Source: an uncultured Candidatus Saccharibacteria bacterium (lineage in GTDB: Bacteria > Patescibacteriota > Minisyncoccia > Phycocordibacterales > UBA9973). From it: a stretch of DNA of 64,000 bases. Location of the stretch: assembly GCA_964474375.1 (NCBI GenBank), contig CAYYSG010000001.1:84196-148195 (forward strand). Reading direction: 5' to 3'. The notes beneath the pieces were generated by a model, which searched no databases, was not told where the DNA came from, and worked only from the letters and a program-made list of their open reading frames with translations. The position numbers were made by a program, and so were the translations under genes. This document shows, one piece after another, positions 1 to 10,204 of the stretch. Position 1 is the first letter of the stretch. Each line of letters opens with the position of its first letter.

Positions 1-278
1 AAGCTAAAAACAAAGCTATATTAAGAATGAGGCACATAGGAGCGCCGTATTTGTGTAATGCCGAAATGACTGTAAAGGATTTAGACGTACTCGCGCCTCT
101 TTCCGCTAGTGTTCGGGAATTACTAAATGCTTCGGCTACAAAGTTAGAACTTTCGCCACGGGCATACCATCGTACTATCAAACTAGCACGAACTATAGCC
201 GATATTGATGATTCGGATAGTATAGACGAACGCCATATATTGGAAGCCCTGCAATATAGACCAAGGAATCAAAAATAA
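1..278 (+). CDS. comM: Mg-chelatase/ComM (YifB) family ATPase, C-terminal fragment (5' end outside window)
   Basis: Frame open from window edge; C-terminal motif AYHRTIKLARTIADIDDSDSIDERHILEALQYR matches YifB/ComM C-terminal domain. Confidence 0.6.
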   Translation, partial: AKNKAILRMRHIGAPYLCNAEMTVKDLDVLAPLSASVRELLNASATKLELSPRAYHRTIKLARTIADIDDSDSIDERHILEALQYRPRNQK

Positions 279-297
279 ATTAGGTGGGGTATTAGAA

Positions 298-324
298 TAA
301 AAGCCGGTGTTAGCCGGCTTTTAT
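298..324. terminator. Bidirectional intrinsic terminator hairpin between convergent genes
   Basis: aagccgg-tgttag-ccggctt stem-loop flanked by A-run and T-run. Confidence 0.6.
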
Positions 325-1491
325 TTATCTACAAGAGTTATCTACGAAACAGTTTCTAGCTCCACGAACTTCAAAGTGTATGTGTGGGCCAGTGGATTGT
401 CCTGAGTTACCAGTGGCTCCGATAGTTTGGCCATCGTTTACGCTTTGCCCATTGGATACGCTGATTCGTGATAGGTGTCCGTACAGTGTTTGGGTACCGT
501 TCGGGTGGGAAATAATGATCATGTTACCATAGCCTCCGTTCCATCCGCTGCGAGCTGCAATGACTGTACCTTCGGCTGCTGCCACAACTGTAGTTCCGGT
601 TTTACAACCTAGGTCGATACCGTTCTTACCGTGCAGGCCTTGGGTAATAACACAGTATACTGGCTTTCTATAGTACCCGCCTTGTGAAGGTCCGTCATAG
701 CCTGATATATAAGGTGATGTTCCTTTGCCATTTCCGGATACTATATTAAGTACGCTGTTTACAACACTGGTTGTTTTTTTAGCGATAGTAGTGACTTTTG
801 GTTTTGGAGCAGCTATTTCACCGTTTGGTACCATTAGCTCTTCGCCAACAGCTAGAGTCTCATCAGTTACACCATTGAAACGAGCTATTTCTGTAGCGTC
901 AGCTCCGTATTTTTTAGCTATTTTGGCTAGTGTATCACCCCTTGCTATTGTATGGTTGACTCCAGATATAGGCATGATAAGTAGAGAAGTCCCTTCTTTT
1001 AAAGCCTTTTTCGGGTCGAGTCCATCGTTAGCCCATACGATAGTGTTGACTGTTACTTTGTACATTTGGGCAATTTTGCTCAAAGTGTCACCCTTTTTGG
1101 TAATGTATACATTAATTTCGTCTTCTTCAGGATAGTCTTCTGCGTCTAGGGCGCTACCTAGTACTCCGACTTCGGGCATTAATACATCGCCTTCGTTCAT
1201 TACTACTGTACTTTCTACTGTTTTTTCACCAGGTACGATACTTAGTTTAGCCTCAAGAACCGGAGTTGTTTGGCTATTTTGGCCATTGTCTAGTGATTCG
1301 GCTTTGGCATCACCACTGAAAAAGTCAGCAATTTGCGACAAAATACCAGCATTTGCACTAACTGGAGTCAGGGTAACAGATAAAATTAGCATCCAAGATG
1401 TTAAAATAGATGCAATGTAAGCTGGTTTCTTATATTCGGAGCTTTGCGGGGAACCCGCGGGAGCATCCTGCTTGTTTATATTTAATTCCAT
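325..1491 (-). CDS. Peptidoglycan hydrolase, peptidase M23 family with two LysM domains and N-terminal signal/anchor
   Basis: Two LysM-like segments (GDTLSKIAQMYKVTVNTIVWANDGL; GDTLAKIAKKYGADATEIARFNGV); C-terminal M23 motifs GIDLG...GYGN.IIISH.NG..TLYGHLS...GQ.V..GQ.IG.TGNSG.STGPHIHFEV. Confidence 0.85.
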   Translation of the reverse strand: MELNINKQDAPAGSPQSSEYKKPAYIASILTSWMLILSVTLTPVSANAGILSQIADFFSGDAKAESLDNGQNSQTTPVLEAKLSIVPGEKTVESTVVMNEGDVLMPEVGVLGSALDAEDYPEEDEINVYITKKGDTLSKIAQMYKVTVNTIVWANDGLDPKKALKEGTSLLIMPISGVNHTIARGDTLAKIAKKYGADATEIARFNGVTDETLAVGEELMVPNGEIAAPKPKVTTIAKKTTSVVNSVLNIVSGNGKGTSPYISGYDGPSQGGYYRKPVYCVITQGLHGKNGIDLGCKTGTTVVAAAEGTVIAARSGWNGGYGNMIIISHPNGTQTLYGHLSRISVSNGQSVNDGQTIGATGNSGQSTGPHIHFEVRGARNCFVDNSCR

Positions 1492-1643
1492 AGTTATAAG
1501 GGGACGGAGTAACAGAGTTTTTTCGGCAAGGTTCCCTTACATATATAATGGTGCCTCTTTATGGGTCAGCAGTCAAGGCTCGTATAGTGTTCCATGTGGA
1601 AATGGGATTTATTTTCGCTAAAAAGCCTTATTTTACGTGTTTT

Positions 1644-1673
1644 TTGACTTAAAAGACCTAATTGTTGTATAAT
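1644..1673 (+). promoter_or_regulatory. sigma70-like promoter (TTGACT-18-TGtTATAAT) immediately upstream of the giant-protein ATG
   Basis: -35 TTGACT 1644-1649, extended -10 TGnTATAAT 1666-1673; ATG at 1683 about 10 nt downstream, so leaderless or very short leader. Confidence 0.55.
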
Positions 1674-1682
1674 TTGGGGTAT

Positions 1683-4600
1683 ATGAAAAGCCCGGAATTA
1701 AAAACTGGCAGTGAGCTAAATGAAATTGAGGAAGAGTTTGGAAAGGCGCAAGATTTTATTGAGGAAAATCTTAGTTACCTAGATGACATTATAGAAAAAT
1801 ACGAGTTTTTGAATGATAAGCATCAGCAAACCAATGATCTCTGGTATACAGGAAAGATGCAAGATCTGTATAATCATCTAAAATTGTTCTATAAAGATAT
1901 AGATTATGATAAAATAGAAGAGTCAGACAAATCTGGAATTACTAAGATCTTAGCAAATATTGTAAAACAAATTGAAATAAACAGTATTAACACTACTTTA
2001 AAAAAAATATACGGTAAATATAGCAGAGAAAGGAAACTAGAAGAAAAACAAGAATTACTTAAAGAAGTAGAATCTCTTAAGAAAGAAAAAAAGTTTATAG
2101 AAAACAAAGATTATACAAAAGAAATTATAAGTAGAAAAGAAGAATCAATGACAAATAGAAACCCAGATAACTCAAATCCAAGAAGAGGGGGAAAACTTCC
2201 TGAAACTATAGAAGCTGAATCAAAAGCTAGGATGAATGAAATAGATGCTAAAAACAAAGCTGAGATAGAAAAGGCTAAAGAACTTTCTAAAATAAAAATA
2301 AAAGAAAAAAAGAAAGAAGCTAAAATAGAAAATAAGAAAAAGGAAAAAGTAGACGACAAAACCTTGATTTCAGATATAGCTGAAAAAGAAGCCAATGGCA
2401 TAACTCTATCTTCAGATGAAGAGAATTTAAAAATAAAGCACCCTATTTTATACAAAAAAGAGCTTAAAAAACATTTAGATAATCTGGAAGACCCGGATGA
2501 AATAGCTAGTAACATTGCTATTGCTGAAATAGAAGGCAAAAAATTATCTGGCTCTGAGAATAAGTTTGTCTCTGGTGTTGCTAATAGAAACAAGGTAGAT
2601 AATCTAAAAAACAAAATAGACAGTATTGCTAAAAGATTAGCTAAAGGTGAAAAAGCTACTAAGTTTCTTCGAGATGACAAAGAATTCTATAAAAAGTATA
2701 AAGGCACTATAGATTCTCAAGCTGAAGAATTTGGGGATTTAGGTGAAGAAGCCAAGCAAAATCTTATAAATACTCTAGCCGAAAAAATAGCATCTGAAAC
2801 CACTCTTGATCCAGCAGAAGAAGCAGATTTTCGTAAACACGAAAAGGAAATTTTGGATTTAGCAGGGGAAAAACTAAAGAACAACAAAGAAGCTGTAAAG
2901 GTCAGACGTGAAATTGCTATTGCTGAACTAGACCATGTTGGCCCACCACCTGTTGATTTAACTCCAGAACAAGAAATGCGAACCCGTATACCATCAGAGC
3001 GTGTTTTGATTGATAAAGAAAAAACTAATATTACCGGCGAGCGTGCTGAATATGACAGAATAGCTAGTCTTCTTTTTGCTACACCCAATATCGTTCTTCT
3101 ACCAGAACAGAAAAAAATTTATGATGCTAACAAGGATTTAATAGACGCCAAGGTTGTAGAACTAAAAGAGGCTGACTTAAAAGCCAAGAAGGATAAAATC
3201 ATTGATGAAAAGTCTAATGGTCGTAATTTGAACGATGTGCAAACTGCTTTGTACAATGAACACAAAGCAGAATTAGATCCGATAATTCTTGAGAATCTAA
3301 AAAAATCTTACGAAGATGCAAAAGCTGCTAATAATTTTACTGACATGCAAAATTATGAGATTTATATAAAAGCTCATGTTCGTGACTCTGAAAAAGCTCG
3401 CACTGCTTACAAGCCATTAGCGGACAGGTTGGCGCGTACATTAAATAGTGACAAATATAAAGAACTAGTTGATAAAAATACTAAAGCGCCAGGTACTTTG
3501 GATCCAGCGGAAAATACTTTACTAGAACAGTACAATAAAGAAATAAAAGAAACAGAGAATGCACTAAACGCAGTTGGCCCATCAGGTAAATTGTTTGCTG
3601 ATTTGGAAGTCCAGCGTGCTAATTTAGCCAAAGCTTCACAAGAATTCCAATCATCTTTTGTACGTAAATTCCCAATGGCTAAAGTCGTAGGGGTTATTGG
3701 CGGTATGTTTGGTGCTAAATGGAGCGCTATGAAAGAAGGCGACAAAACAGCTGCTGCCAAAAGTGCGATGGATAATACTCAAATAGAATACGACAAAGTC
3801 CGCCGTAATTTAATGAATACTTTGGTGGAAGAAGAACATACTGTACGCAAAACTCTAGGGCAAGATTTTAAAAACCTTGGAGTAGCTGATAAATATTCTC
3901 TAGAATCATTCATTGGTAAGGTCAATAAAGAATTCGTAGAAGACGAACACAAAAAACTTGACGACATGAAGCATGTACTAGAAGGCACTGTCCGTGGTAG
4001 CGCAATGCGTAGATGGGGTGAATGGAACAGTAAAGGAGGAATATTTAAAAACGTTGAAAATCCTGTACATAGAAAACTTTTACATAGAGCTAGTATGGCT
4101 ATAATGTTGGGTGTTCCTATATCTATTGCTGGTAGCGCAGTTATTGCTGGAGCTTTGTCTTTAACTGGCGTAGCTACTGCTTCCGCTGCTCTTACCTCGA
4201 TAACTCCATCTATGGTAGGTTATAGATTGTTAAGAGGAGTTTGTGGGGGTGTTGCTGGTGAGTCAGCTGCTATGCTTTATGCAAGAGTACGAGGTGGAAA
4301 ACTAAACAAAGAAGGTGAACTTGAAAACCTTGTGAGCGATCGTGATAAGGAAATAAAACTAGACAGGGAAAAATTTACAAAAGAAATGATGACTAGTTTT
4401 GCTATCGATGTCAAACCAGAAGTCAGCTCTGATATGATGAACCAAATCCGCAATGACCATAAAAAAACAGTTGATAATTACATGAACCGCCAAGGTAAAA
4501 TCCGTCGAGGGGAATTATGGGTGAGACTAGCTACTGGTGGGCTTACTGCTTATGGTTTATCACATGTTATGCCTGGAGCAGATTCTATAACTGACACTAC

Positions 4601-6095
4601 TCCTGACCAAGGTACTCCAAAACCGGAAGTAGCACCAATAGTAACGCCAGAACCAGGTGTAGAAGATTTGGAACTGCGTGGTGTGTCAGTGGATGCTAGC
4701 TCCAAAGGTTCTATTCAGACTTTCATGAATTTGAAAGAAAAGATGCTGGACCAGTATGAATCTGACCCACGTTTTGCTGGTCTTGACCGTGAAGCCATGG
4801 CTCAAAAAATGATCAGTGAAGGCAATATGGACCCATTTGTAGAAGAAATAATGGGTGCAAAATCTTACGCTGACTTTGCTGAAGTAGCAAAAGATCATGG
4901 CTTTTGGAAGTTATCCGGTGTAGGTAATCCCGAAGTAGATAGTGCATCTGTCCCAGCTGGTTCAACTATTGGTTTCCGAACTCCAGATGGTGGTGGTGAC
5001 TTGTACTATTATATAAAAACCCCAAATGGTCAGGAAATAAAAATAACTGACTTTGCTGACCAGGCCAGTGGTAAATTTGGTGGTGTGAATTTAATCGACA
5101 CTACAGTACCGAAGCCGTCCGGTATTGATACTGGTGCAGGTAATGGTAATGGTGAATTGCCACCAGACTCATTACTAGGTCCCGAAGAATACACTCAAGG
5201 CGACCCTATAACACCCGTAACAGAATCTGATTTGTCAGGTGGTCAAACTGAATCTTCTAATGGTGTGAGCGATGCTGGGAATAGTACAGAAACTGTTCCA
5301 GCTCCTGCACCAACTGGACTAGATGATGCTAGTTTTTATAAATCTATAAAGAATCCTGGCAACGAACACGATTATTATACAAATAAATACGGTTTTGAAT
5401 CCAAAGGTAAAATGACTTATATGCCAGGTACAGCTGAAGACCCAACTACCGAATATTATGACAAGGCTGGTAACTATTTCTACACTGAACAATATAGTGG
5501 TTATAACAAAATTGCAGGGGGTCCGCATGATATCAAGAATAGTCCAATGTATAGGGAATACCATGCTCTAAAGAATAATTATGATACAGCTCAGCAAGAA
5601 TTAATAAAACTTGAAACAGCTAAACTAAATGCAGCTCGCGCTAGTGCTGACAATGCTTATAACAATATGCCAGGTCAGTCCACTAACAATCCAGCTGTTG
5701 ACCCTGAAGTATTGCAAGCTCGTGAAATAGCTATCAAACAAAACACAACGGAAATAGCTAACAATTGGGTTGATGATACATTTGGTAGAGGTGACGAAGA
5801 TTCTAGTTTGCAAAGAATGTTGGGTATACACAAGAAGGGTATTGAAACAAAAGCCTGGGCTAATTTAAAAAACGATAAAGTCTTAGACCTCGTTAACGAC
5901 AGTAAAACTCCATCAGGTGACGATGTATATGGTGGGTCCAAGCTTTCCAATAAAGAATCTGAATTCTTAGGTGTTCTTATAAACAAATCACAGCAGTATG
6001 GTTTGAATCCTGATACAAACGAAACAGTCGAATCATTTACTCAAAGATTAGCCGCAGCCGAAGCTCGAACAAAACTAGTCGCTGGCTCAAGATAG
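1683..6095 (+). CDS. Giant hypothetical protein (1471 aa): ~480-aa Lys/Glu-rich coiled-coil-like N-region, central TM helices, large C-terminal region
   Basis: Long ORF; ORF track starts at TTG 1662 but first ATG is 1683 (MKSPELKTGSE). Hydrophobic stretch AIMLGVPISIAGSAVIAGALSLTGVATASAALTSITPSMVGY. No family recognised. Confidence 0.6.
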   Translation: MKSPELKTGSELNEIEEEFGKAQDFIEENLSYLDDIIEKYEFLNDKHQQTNDLWYTGKMQDLYNHLKLFYKDIDYDKIEESDKSGITKILANIVKQIEINSINTTLKKIYGKYSRERKLEEKQELLKEVESLKKEKKFIENKDYTKEIISRKEESMTNRNPDNSNPRRGGKLPETIEAESKARMNEIDAKNKAEIEKAKELSKIKIKEKKKEAKIENKKKEKVDDKTLISDIAEKEANGITLSSDEENLKIKHPILYKKELKKHLDNLEDPDEIASNIAIAEIEGKKLSGSENKFVSGVANRNKVDNLKNKIDSIAKRLAKGEKATKFLRDDKEFYKKYKGTIDSQAEEFGDLGEEAKQNLINTLAEKIASETTLDPAEEADFRKHEKEILDLAGEKLKNNKEAVKVRREIAIAELDHVGPPPVDLTPEQEMRTRIPSERVLIDKEKTNITGERAEYDRIASLLFATPNIVLLPEQKKIYDANKDLIDAKVVELKEADLKAKKDKIIDEKSNGRNLNDVQTALYNEHKAELDPIILENLKKSYEDAKAANNFTDMQNYEIYIKAHVRDSEKARTAYKPLADRLARTLNSDKYKELVDKNTKAPGTLDPAENTLLEQYNKEIKETENALNAVGPSGKLFADLEVQRANLAKASQEFQSSFVRKFPMAKVVGVIGGMFGAKWSAMKEGDKTAAAKSAMDNTQIEYDKVRRNLMNTLVEEEHTVRKTLGQDFKNLGVADKYSLESFIGKVNKEFVEDEHKKLDDMKHVLEGTVRGSAMRRWGEWNSKGGIFKNVENPVHRKLLHRASMAIMLGVPISIAGSAVIAGALSLTGVATASAALTSITPSMVGYRLLRGVCGGVAGESAAMLYARVRGGKLNKEGELENLVSDRDKEIKLDREKFTKEMMTSFAIDVKPEVSSDMMNQIRNDHKKTVDNYMNRQGKIRRGELWVRLATGGLTAYGLSHVMPGADSITDTTPDQGTPKPEVAPIVTPEPGVEDLELRGVSVDASSKGSIQTFMNLKEKMLDQYESDPRFAGLDREAMAQKMISEGNMDPFVEEIMGAKSYADFAEVAKDHGFWKLSGVGNPEVDSASVPAGSTIGFRTPDGGGDLYYYIKTPNGQEIKITDFADQASGKFGGVNLIDTTVPKPSGIDTGAGNGNGELPPDSLLGPEEYTQGDPITPVTESDLSGGQTESSNGVSDAGNSTETVPAPAPTGLDDASFYKSIKNPGNEHDYYTNKYGFESKGKMTYMPGTAEDPTTEYYDKAGNYFYTEQYSGYNKIAGGPHDIKNSPMYREYHALKNNYDTAQQELIKLETAKLNAARASADNAYNNMPGQSTNNPAVDPEVLQAREIAIKQNTTEIANNWVDDTFGRGDEDSSLQRMLGIHKKGIETKAWANLKNDKVLDLVNDSKTPSGDDVYGGSKLSNKESEFLGVLINKSQQYGLNPDTNETVESFTQRLAAAEARTKLVAGSR

Positions 6096-6131
6096 ATTGC
6101 GCATTAAAAATTAACAAGCTAAAATATAAGT

Positions 6132-6419
6132 ATGCAAACATTAAAAGATCTTATAACAAATTCATTTGCCTTTGCTGACATGGCCGATGAAGAAAAGTCT
6201 AAAATCATAGAAGAGCTAGCTGACATTGCAATACAACGTACTGTCATGCGTGCACTGGACAAAATGACCGACGACGAAGTCGCCGAGTTCGACAAAACAA
6301 TGGGCGACCAAGCGGAACCTTCTAAAGTATTCCAATATTTGGAAAACCGTGTACCGTCATTCTACGACATGCTCCGCGAAGAAGTCTTGCGTTTGCAAGC
6401 TAACGCTACTGGTAACTAA
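6132..6419 (+). CDS. Hypothetical small acidic protein (95 aa) co-oriented immediately downstream of giant protein
   Basis: ORF 36 nt after giant gene stop, followed by terminator; acidic, helical-looking sequence. Confidence 0.45.
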   Translation: MQTLKDLITNSFAFADMADEEKSKIIEELADIAIQRTVMRALDKMTDDEVAEFDKTMGDQAEPSKVFQYLENRVPSFYDMLREEVLRLQANATGN

Positions 6420-6438
6420 ATTTAAAATAAATAGCACG

Positions 6439-6470
6439 AAAAAAGCCCTTCATTACGAAGGGCTTTTTAT
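6439..6470. terminator. Bidirectional intrinsic terminator
   Basis: aaaagcccttc-atta-cgaagggcttttt hairpin with flanking A/T runs between convergent genes. Confidence 0.65.
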
Positions 6471-6481
6471 AAAATAAGTTT

Positions 6482-7294
6482 TTAAGAGTCTTGATTTTGT
6501 GCTGGTGGCTGGGTTCTATTTTTTGAACGATTTAAAATAAAAAAGTTTAAAAGCACTATTGCAAGTATGATCAAGCATACAAGTAAGATAAGCATATGGT
6601 AGTTGCTGTCTTGATCAGGTTTTTGATAACCCATCTTTTCAGCAGCTATTTTAGCATTATCTATTGCATCTAGATCATCCTGGCGTAGCTTCTTCTTAAT
6701 TTCTCTCATGTCATCTACTGACTTTTTGAGCCTTTCGTAATCTTTTCTATAAAGACTATCGATATCGCAAGACTGGTCGCAATTGCTAGATTTTTTACAA
6801 TCTTTGCATTCGTCGTTAGGTGTAGTGACTTTTTCTTTTTCCGGGGTCAGGTCAGCATTGCCGTTGATGGCATTGTTGATTAGCCCTTGATCGGTTGAGA
6901 TCATCTGAGCGCATTGCATTACTAGCCAAGGTTGGCTATTGTACACAAATACGTTCTTGTTGATTACTTTAACCGGTCCAAAAGATCCAGCCTTGCCGTT
7001 AAGAAGATGTGTATTATAAAAGTTCGAGCCAGTAGCTTTGTCAGCAACCGTTGAACCATTACGTACCTCTTCTAATGTCAGACCAAAACTGCTTTTACAG
7101 AATCTACGTAAGACTTTAGTCCATTCTCCACATGTCATTCCTGGATACAGGGTAACATTTGCATTTTCTGGGTTTACAACGTAGTCATAACCCTTGTTAG
7201 TGATAGGTTCACCTTTTACACCTTTAGCATTCGCGGAGAATGCAACAAGAATAATGGCAAGTGTGGCCAAAATCCCTTTTATATATTTTTTCAT
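6482..7294 (-). CDS. Hypothetical secreted, C-terminally membrane-anchored Cys-rich protein
   Basis: N-terminal signal peptide (MKKYIKGILATLAIILVAFSANA), Cys-rich segment (CKDCKKSSNCDQSCD), C-terminal hydrophobic helix LILLVCLIILAIVLLNFFIL. Confidence 0.5.
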   Translation of the reverse strand: MKKYIKGILATLAIILVAFSANAKGVKGEPITNKGYDYVVNPENANVTLYPGMTCGEWTKVLRRFCKSSFGLTLEEVRNGSTVADKATGSNFYNTHLLNGKAGSFGPVKVINKNVFVYNSQPWLVMQCAQMISTDQGLINNAINGNADLTPEKEKVTTPNDECKDCKKSSNCDQSCDIDSLYRKDYERLKKSVDDMREIKKKLRQDDLDAIDNAKIAAEKMGYQKPDQDSNYHMLILLVCLIILAIVLLNFFILNRSKNRTQPPAQNQDS

Positions 7295-7487
7295 TTGTTG
7301 TAGATCTTATTAAGTATATAATAGCATATTATGGGCTAAAAGTCAAGGGGGTAAAACAAGCCTTATTTAGGCTATTTAGTGCTTGTTTTACAAGCATTTT
7401 TAGGGCATTAAGTCCATAAAACCTTATAAAATAAGGGTTTTAAGGTATCAACAAGGGCAAAATGGGGTTTTGTGCTAAAATAGCTCT

Positions 7488-9398
7488 ATGCATTTCCTTG
7501 AAACACTTTCACCAGCCCAAAAAGAGGCCGCAACTTATATAAATGGACCTCTTTTGATAATAGCTGGTGCTGGTGCCGGCAAGACTAAGACCATTACTGC
7601 TCGAATCGCCCATATAATAGAAGGCGGAGTAAAACCCGAAAACATATTGGCTGTGACTTTTACCAACAAAGCAGCTAAAGAAATGCGCGAACGCGTGCAT
7701 ACACTGCTGGGTTCTATGCGGTTAAATACATCACCAGTTGTTATGACTTTTCACGCGCTGGGTGTATTTATGCTTCGCGAACATGGGCATTTACTCGGGC
7801 TCAAGCGCGGGTTTGCCATCATGGATGAAGACGACACATTAGTACTATATAAAGAATGTTTGCGTACACTGGACATATCACCGAAAGAATACGACCCTAA
7901 ATTCTTCCGGTCTGTTATTTCCCGCGAAAGACAAGACGGAGTAACCTGTGATACTTATGAACCATCAGCACACGGACAAAAAGGTTTCTTAGTTAAACAA
8001 GTTTGGCGCCTGTACAACGAAAAAAAGGTACAAGGCGGCGGTGTGGACTTTGATGATTTATTAACTATGCCTATCGAGCTTTTGAAAAAAAACAACGAAG
8101 TCCGCAGTATGTATCATCAGCGTTTTTCTTATGTGCATGTGGATGAGTATCAGGACGTAAATGACCTGCAAGTTGAAATGATAGAACTAATCTTGGGTCA
8201 GCATAAAAATATTTGTGTTGTGGGTGATGCCGACCAAACTATATATTCTTGGCGTGGTTCGAAGATCGAACACATCATGCAGTTCGAAAAAAAGTTTGCT
8301 CCTGTGCACGTAGTCATGCTCGAGGAAAATTATCGTTCAAGCAAAATTATTCTTGATGCTGCAAACTTTGTAGTGAAGAAGAACAAAAACCGTGTTCCGA
8401 AAAATCTATATACACAAAAAGGTGACGGTGAAGTTATAACTGTACTGGAATGTGTCGACGAATACGATGAAGCCAAAACCATAGTTAATAAAGTCCGTGA
8501 TGCAATAAACAGTGGTGTTAAGCCTACCGAAATATCTATATTATATAGGGCTAATTTCCAGTCACGGGTTCTGGAAGAGGCATTTTTAAATAGTGGTATT
8601 CCTTACACTATGCTGGGCACACGGTTTTTCGACAGGCGTGAAGTCAAAGATGTATTGTCTTTTATTCGTTGTAGTATGAACCGTAATTCTATTCCAGACA
8701 TTACGCGTGCTATTACGTGCGTGCCGCGTGGTATAGGTAAAACCAGTTTAGCCAAAGTTTTGTCTGGTGATGTTTCTTCTCTTACTGCTAAAGCCAGCGC
8801 TTCACTAAATAATTTTTATAATTTGCTCGATAGAATTAGTTTAGTCATCGATGGTAAGACCCCTAGTGAAGCATTGATATACACCATTCACGAATCAGGA
8901 TTGGAAAAAGAATTAAAAGAAGAAGGACCCAGTGGTATGGAAAGAATCGAAAACATAAAAGAACTAGCATCACTCGCTAGTAACTATGACCAATACGGAG
9001 CCGACGGCATGATGCTGTTTCTGGAACACGCTGCGCTATATGATAGTGATGTTGTTAATCAAGGCAAACAAGACGGTGTAATGCTAATGACAGTACACAG
9101 CGCCAAAGGTCTTGAATGGGATACTGTGTTTATAACAGGGCTCGAACAATTTCTGTTTCCGCATGTTTCGGAAAATAGCACCAGTGCTCTTGAGCAAGAA
9201 GAGGAGCGTCGTCTAATGTATGTAGCCATAACTCGCGCTAAAAGAAAGCTGTATACATCCTATGCACAACTGCGAACTATCTTTGGACAAAAAAGAGTCG
9301 AAGCGCCATCTGAATTCTTGTACGACATACCGGACGATAGTAAAGAAATAGTTCAGTCATGGAGCTCTGGCCGCGAGCGTGTGGTATATTTAGATTAG
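7488..9398 (+). CDS. uvrD: ATP-dependent DNA helicase, UvrD/PcrA/Rep family
   Basis: Walker A GAGAGKTKTITARIAHII, motif AVTFTNKAAKEMRERV, DEYQDVN (motif II), C-terminal VAITRAKRKLY. Confidence 0.85.
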   Translation: MHFLETLSPAQKEAATYINGPLLIIAGAGAGKTKTITARIAHIIEGGVKPENILAVTFTNKAAKEMRERVHTLLGSMRLNTSPVVMTFHALGVFMLREHGHLLGLKRGFAIMDEDDTLVLYKECLRTLDISPKEYDPKFFRSVISRERQDGVTCDTYEPSAHGQKGFLVKQVWRLYNEKKVQGGGVDFDDLLTMPIELLKKNNEVRSMYHQRFSYVHVDEYQDVNDLQVEMIELILGQHKNICVVGDADQTIYSWRGSKIEHIMQFEKKFAPVHVVMLEENYRSSKIILDAANFVVKKNKNRVPKNLYTQKGDGEVITVLECVDEYDEAKTIVNKVRDAINSGVKPTEISILYRANFQSRVLEEAFLNSGIPYTMLGTRFFDRREVKDVLSFIRCSMNRNSIPDITRAITCVPRGIGKTSLAKVLSGDVSSLTAKASASLNNFYNLLDRISLVIDGKTPSEALIYTIHESGLEKELKEEGPSGMERIENIKELASLASNYDQYGADGMMLFLEHAALYDSDVVNQGKQDGVMLMTVHSAKGLEWDTVFITGLEQFLFPHVSENSTSALEQEEERRLMYVAITRAKRKLYTSYAQLRTIFGQKRVEAPSEFLYDIPDDSKEIVQSWSSGRERVVYLD

Positions 9399-9399
9399 T

Positions 9400-10197
9400 A
9401 TGGTAAAAGCCAAAAAGTCATTAGGGCAGAATTTCTTGCGTAGCGACAAAGCTATTAGAGAAATCGTAGAAGCTGGCCGTGTAGGGAAAAGTGACACCGT
9501 GTTAGAGATAGGCCCCGGAGAAGGGGTTCTTACTCGTGCTCTTTTGGACAAAGGCGCCCGTGTTATAGCCATAGAGAAGGATGACAGGCTAATAATAGAG
9601 CTAAATAATACTTTTAAAGATGAAATTAGCCAAAAAAGCCTTATTTTAATACATGGGGATGTGCTGGATTTAGTAGGGAAAGATGCAATGTCAGCTAATT
9701 TAGCCAAATTGTTAGGCAAATCCTATAAATTAATAGCCAATATTCCATACTATATAACAGGTGAAATCATCGAAAGGTTCCATACTGTGCCGAATAACCC
9801 TGTCTTAATGGTGCTTTTGGTCCAAAAGGAAGTCGCCGAACGTATAATTGCTCGAGATGGTAAAGAATCCATACTGTCTATTGCGGTTAAAATGTATGGT
9901 ACGCCCCAAATAGTGTCTATTGTTCCACGTGGGGCATTTGTTCCAGCGCCAAACGTCGATAGTGCTATTTTGTGTATAAAAGATATTCAGCATTTTGGTT
10001 CAGTTCTAAAAGAAAAAGAATTTTTCGACATACTACATGCTAGTTTTGCTCATAAAAGAAAATTGATGCTTTCAAACATAAAATCTTTACCCACAGATTT
10101 GCAGGACCGAGTTAAAAAAGTTTTTACTACAAATAATTTAGATATCAACACTAGAGCAGAAGATATCCATATCGGCATCTGGAAGAAGGTGGTATAA
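9400..10197 (+). CDS. rsmA: 16S rRNA (adenine1518/1519-N6)-dimethyltransferase RsmA/KsgA
   Basis: N-terminus KSLGQNFLRSDKAIREIVEAG, SAM motif VLEIGPGEGVLTRALL, NIPYYIT. Confidence 0.85.
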   Translation: MVKAKKSLGQNFLRSDKAIREIVEAGRVGKSDTVLEIGPGEGVLTRALLDKGARVIAIEKDDRLIIELNNTFKDEISQKSLILIHGDVLDLVGKDAMSANLAKLLGKSYKLIANIPYYITGEIIERFHTVPNNPVLMVLLVQKEVAERIIARDGKESILSIAVKMYGTPQIVSIVPRGAFVPAPNVDSAILCIKDIQHFGSVLKEKEFFDILHASFAHKRKLMLSNIKSLPTDLQDRVKKVFTTNNLDINTRAEDIHIGIWKKVV

Positions 10198-10204
10198 TAA
10201 AAAC

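Noticed and set aside
1492-1660. Possible c-di-AMP (ydaO-type) riboswitch upstream of the LysM-M23 peptidase (sequence ...gtaagggaaccttgccgaaaaaactctgttactccgtcccc...)
   Set aside because: ydaO elements often precede cell-wall hydrolases, but I could not find the conserved ydaO helices or GGGGA/ACGGGG boxes convincingly. Left as unverified; would need an Rfam/Infernal scan.
1662-1682. ORF-track starts at TTG/GTG (e.g. 1662, 15929, 17443, 29098, 42775, 58188, 61665)
   Set aside because: In each case the alternative start lies inside an upstream terminator or promoter or adds non-conserved residues. The first in-frame ATG matching the conserved N-terminus was used instead.
1904-3088. Antisense ORFs (67-189 aa) inside the giant K/E-rich gene
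   Set aside because: They are mirror-frame artefacts of a low-complexity A/G-rich coding strand (poly-Phe/Ser/Leu translations) and overlap a long well-supported ORF.
7295-7487. Two hairpins (aaaacaagc...gcttgtttt and aaaacctta-taaaa-taagggtttt) in the divergent intergenic region before uvrD
   Set aside because: Likely ordinary terminator/5'UTR structures of the flanking divergent genes; no repeat copies or coding potential seen.
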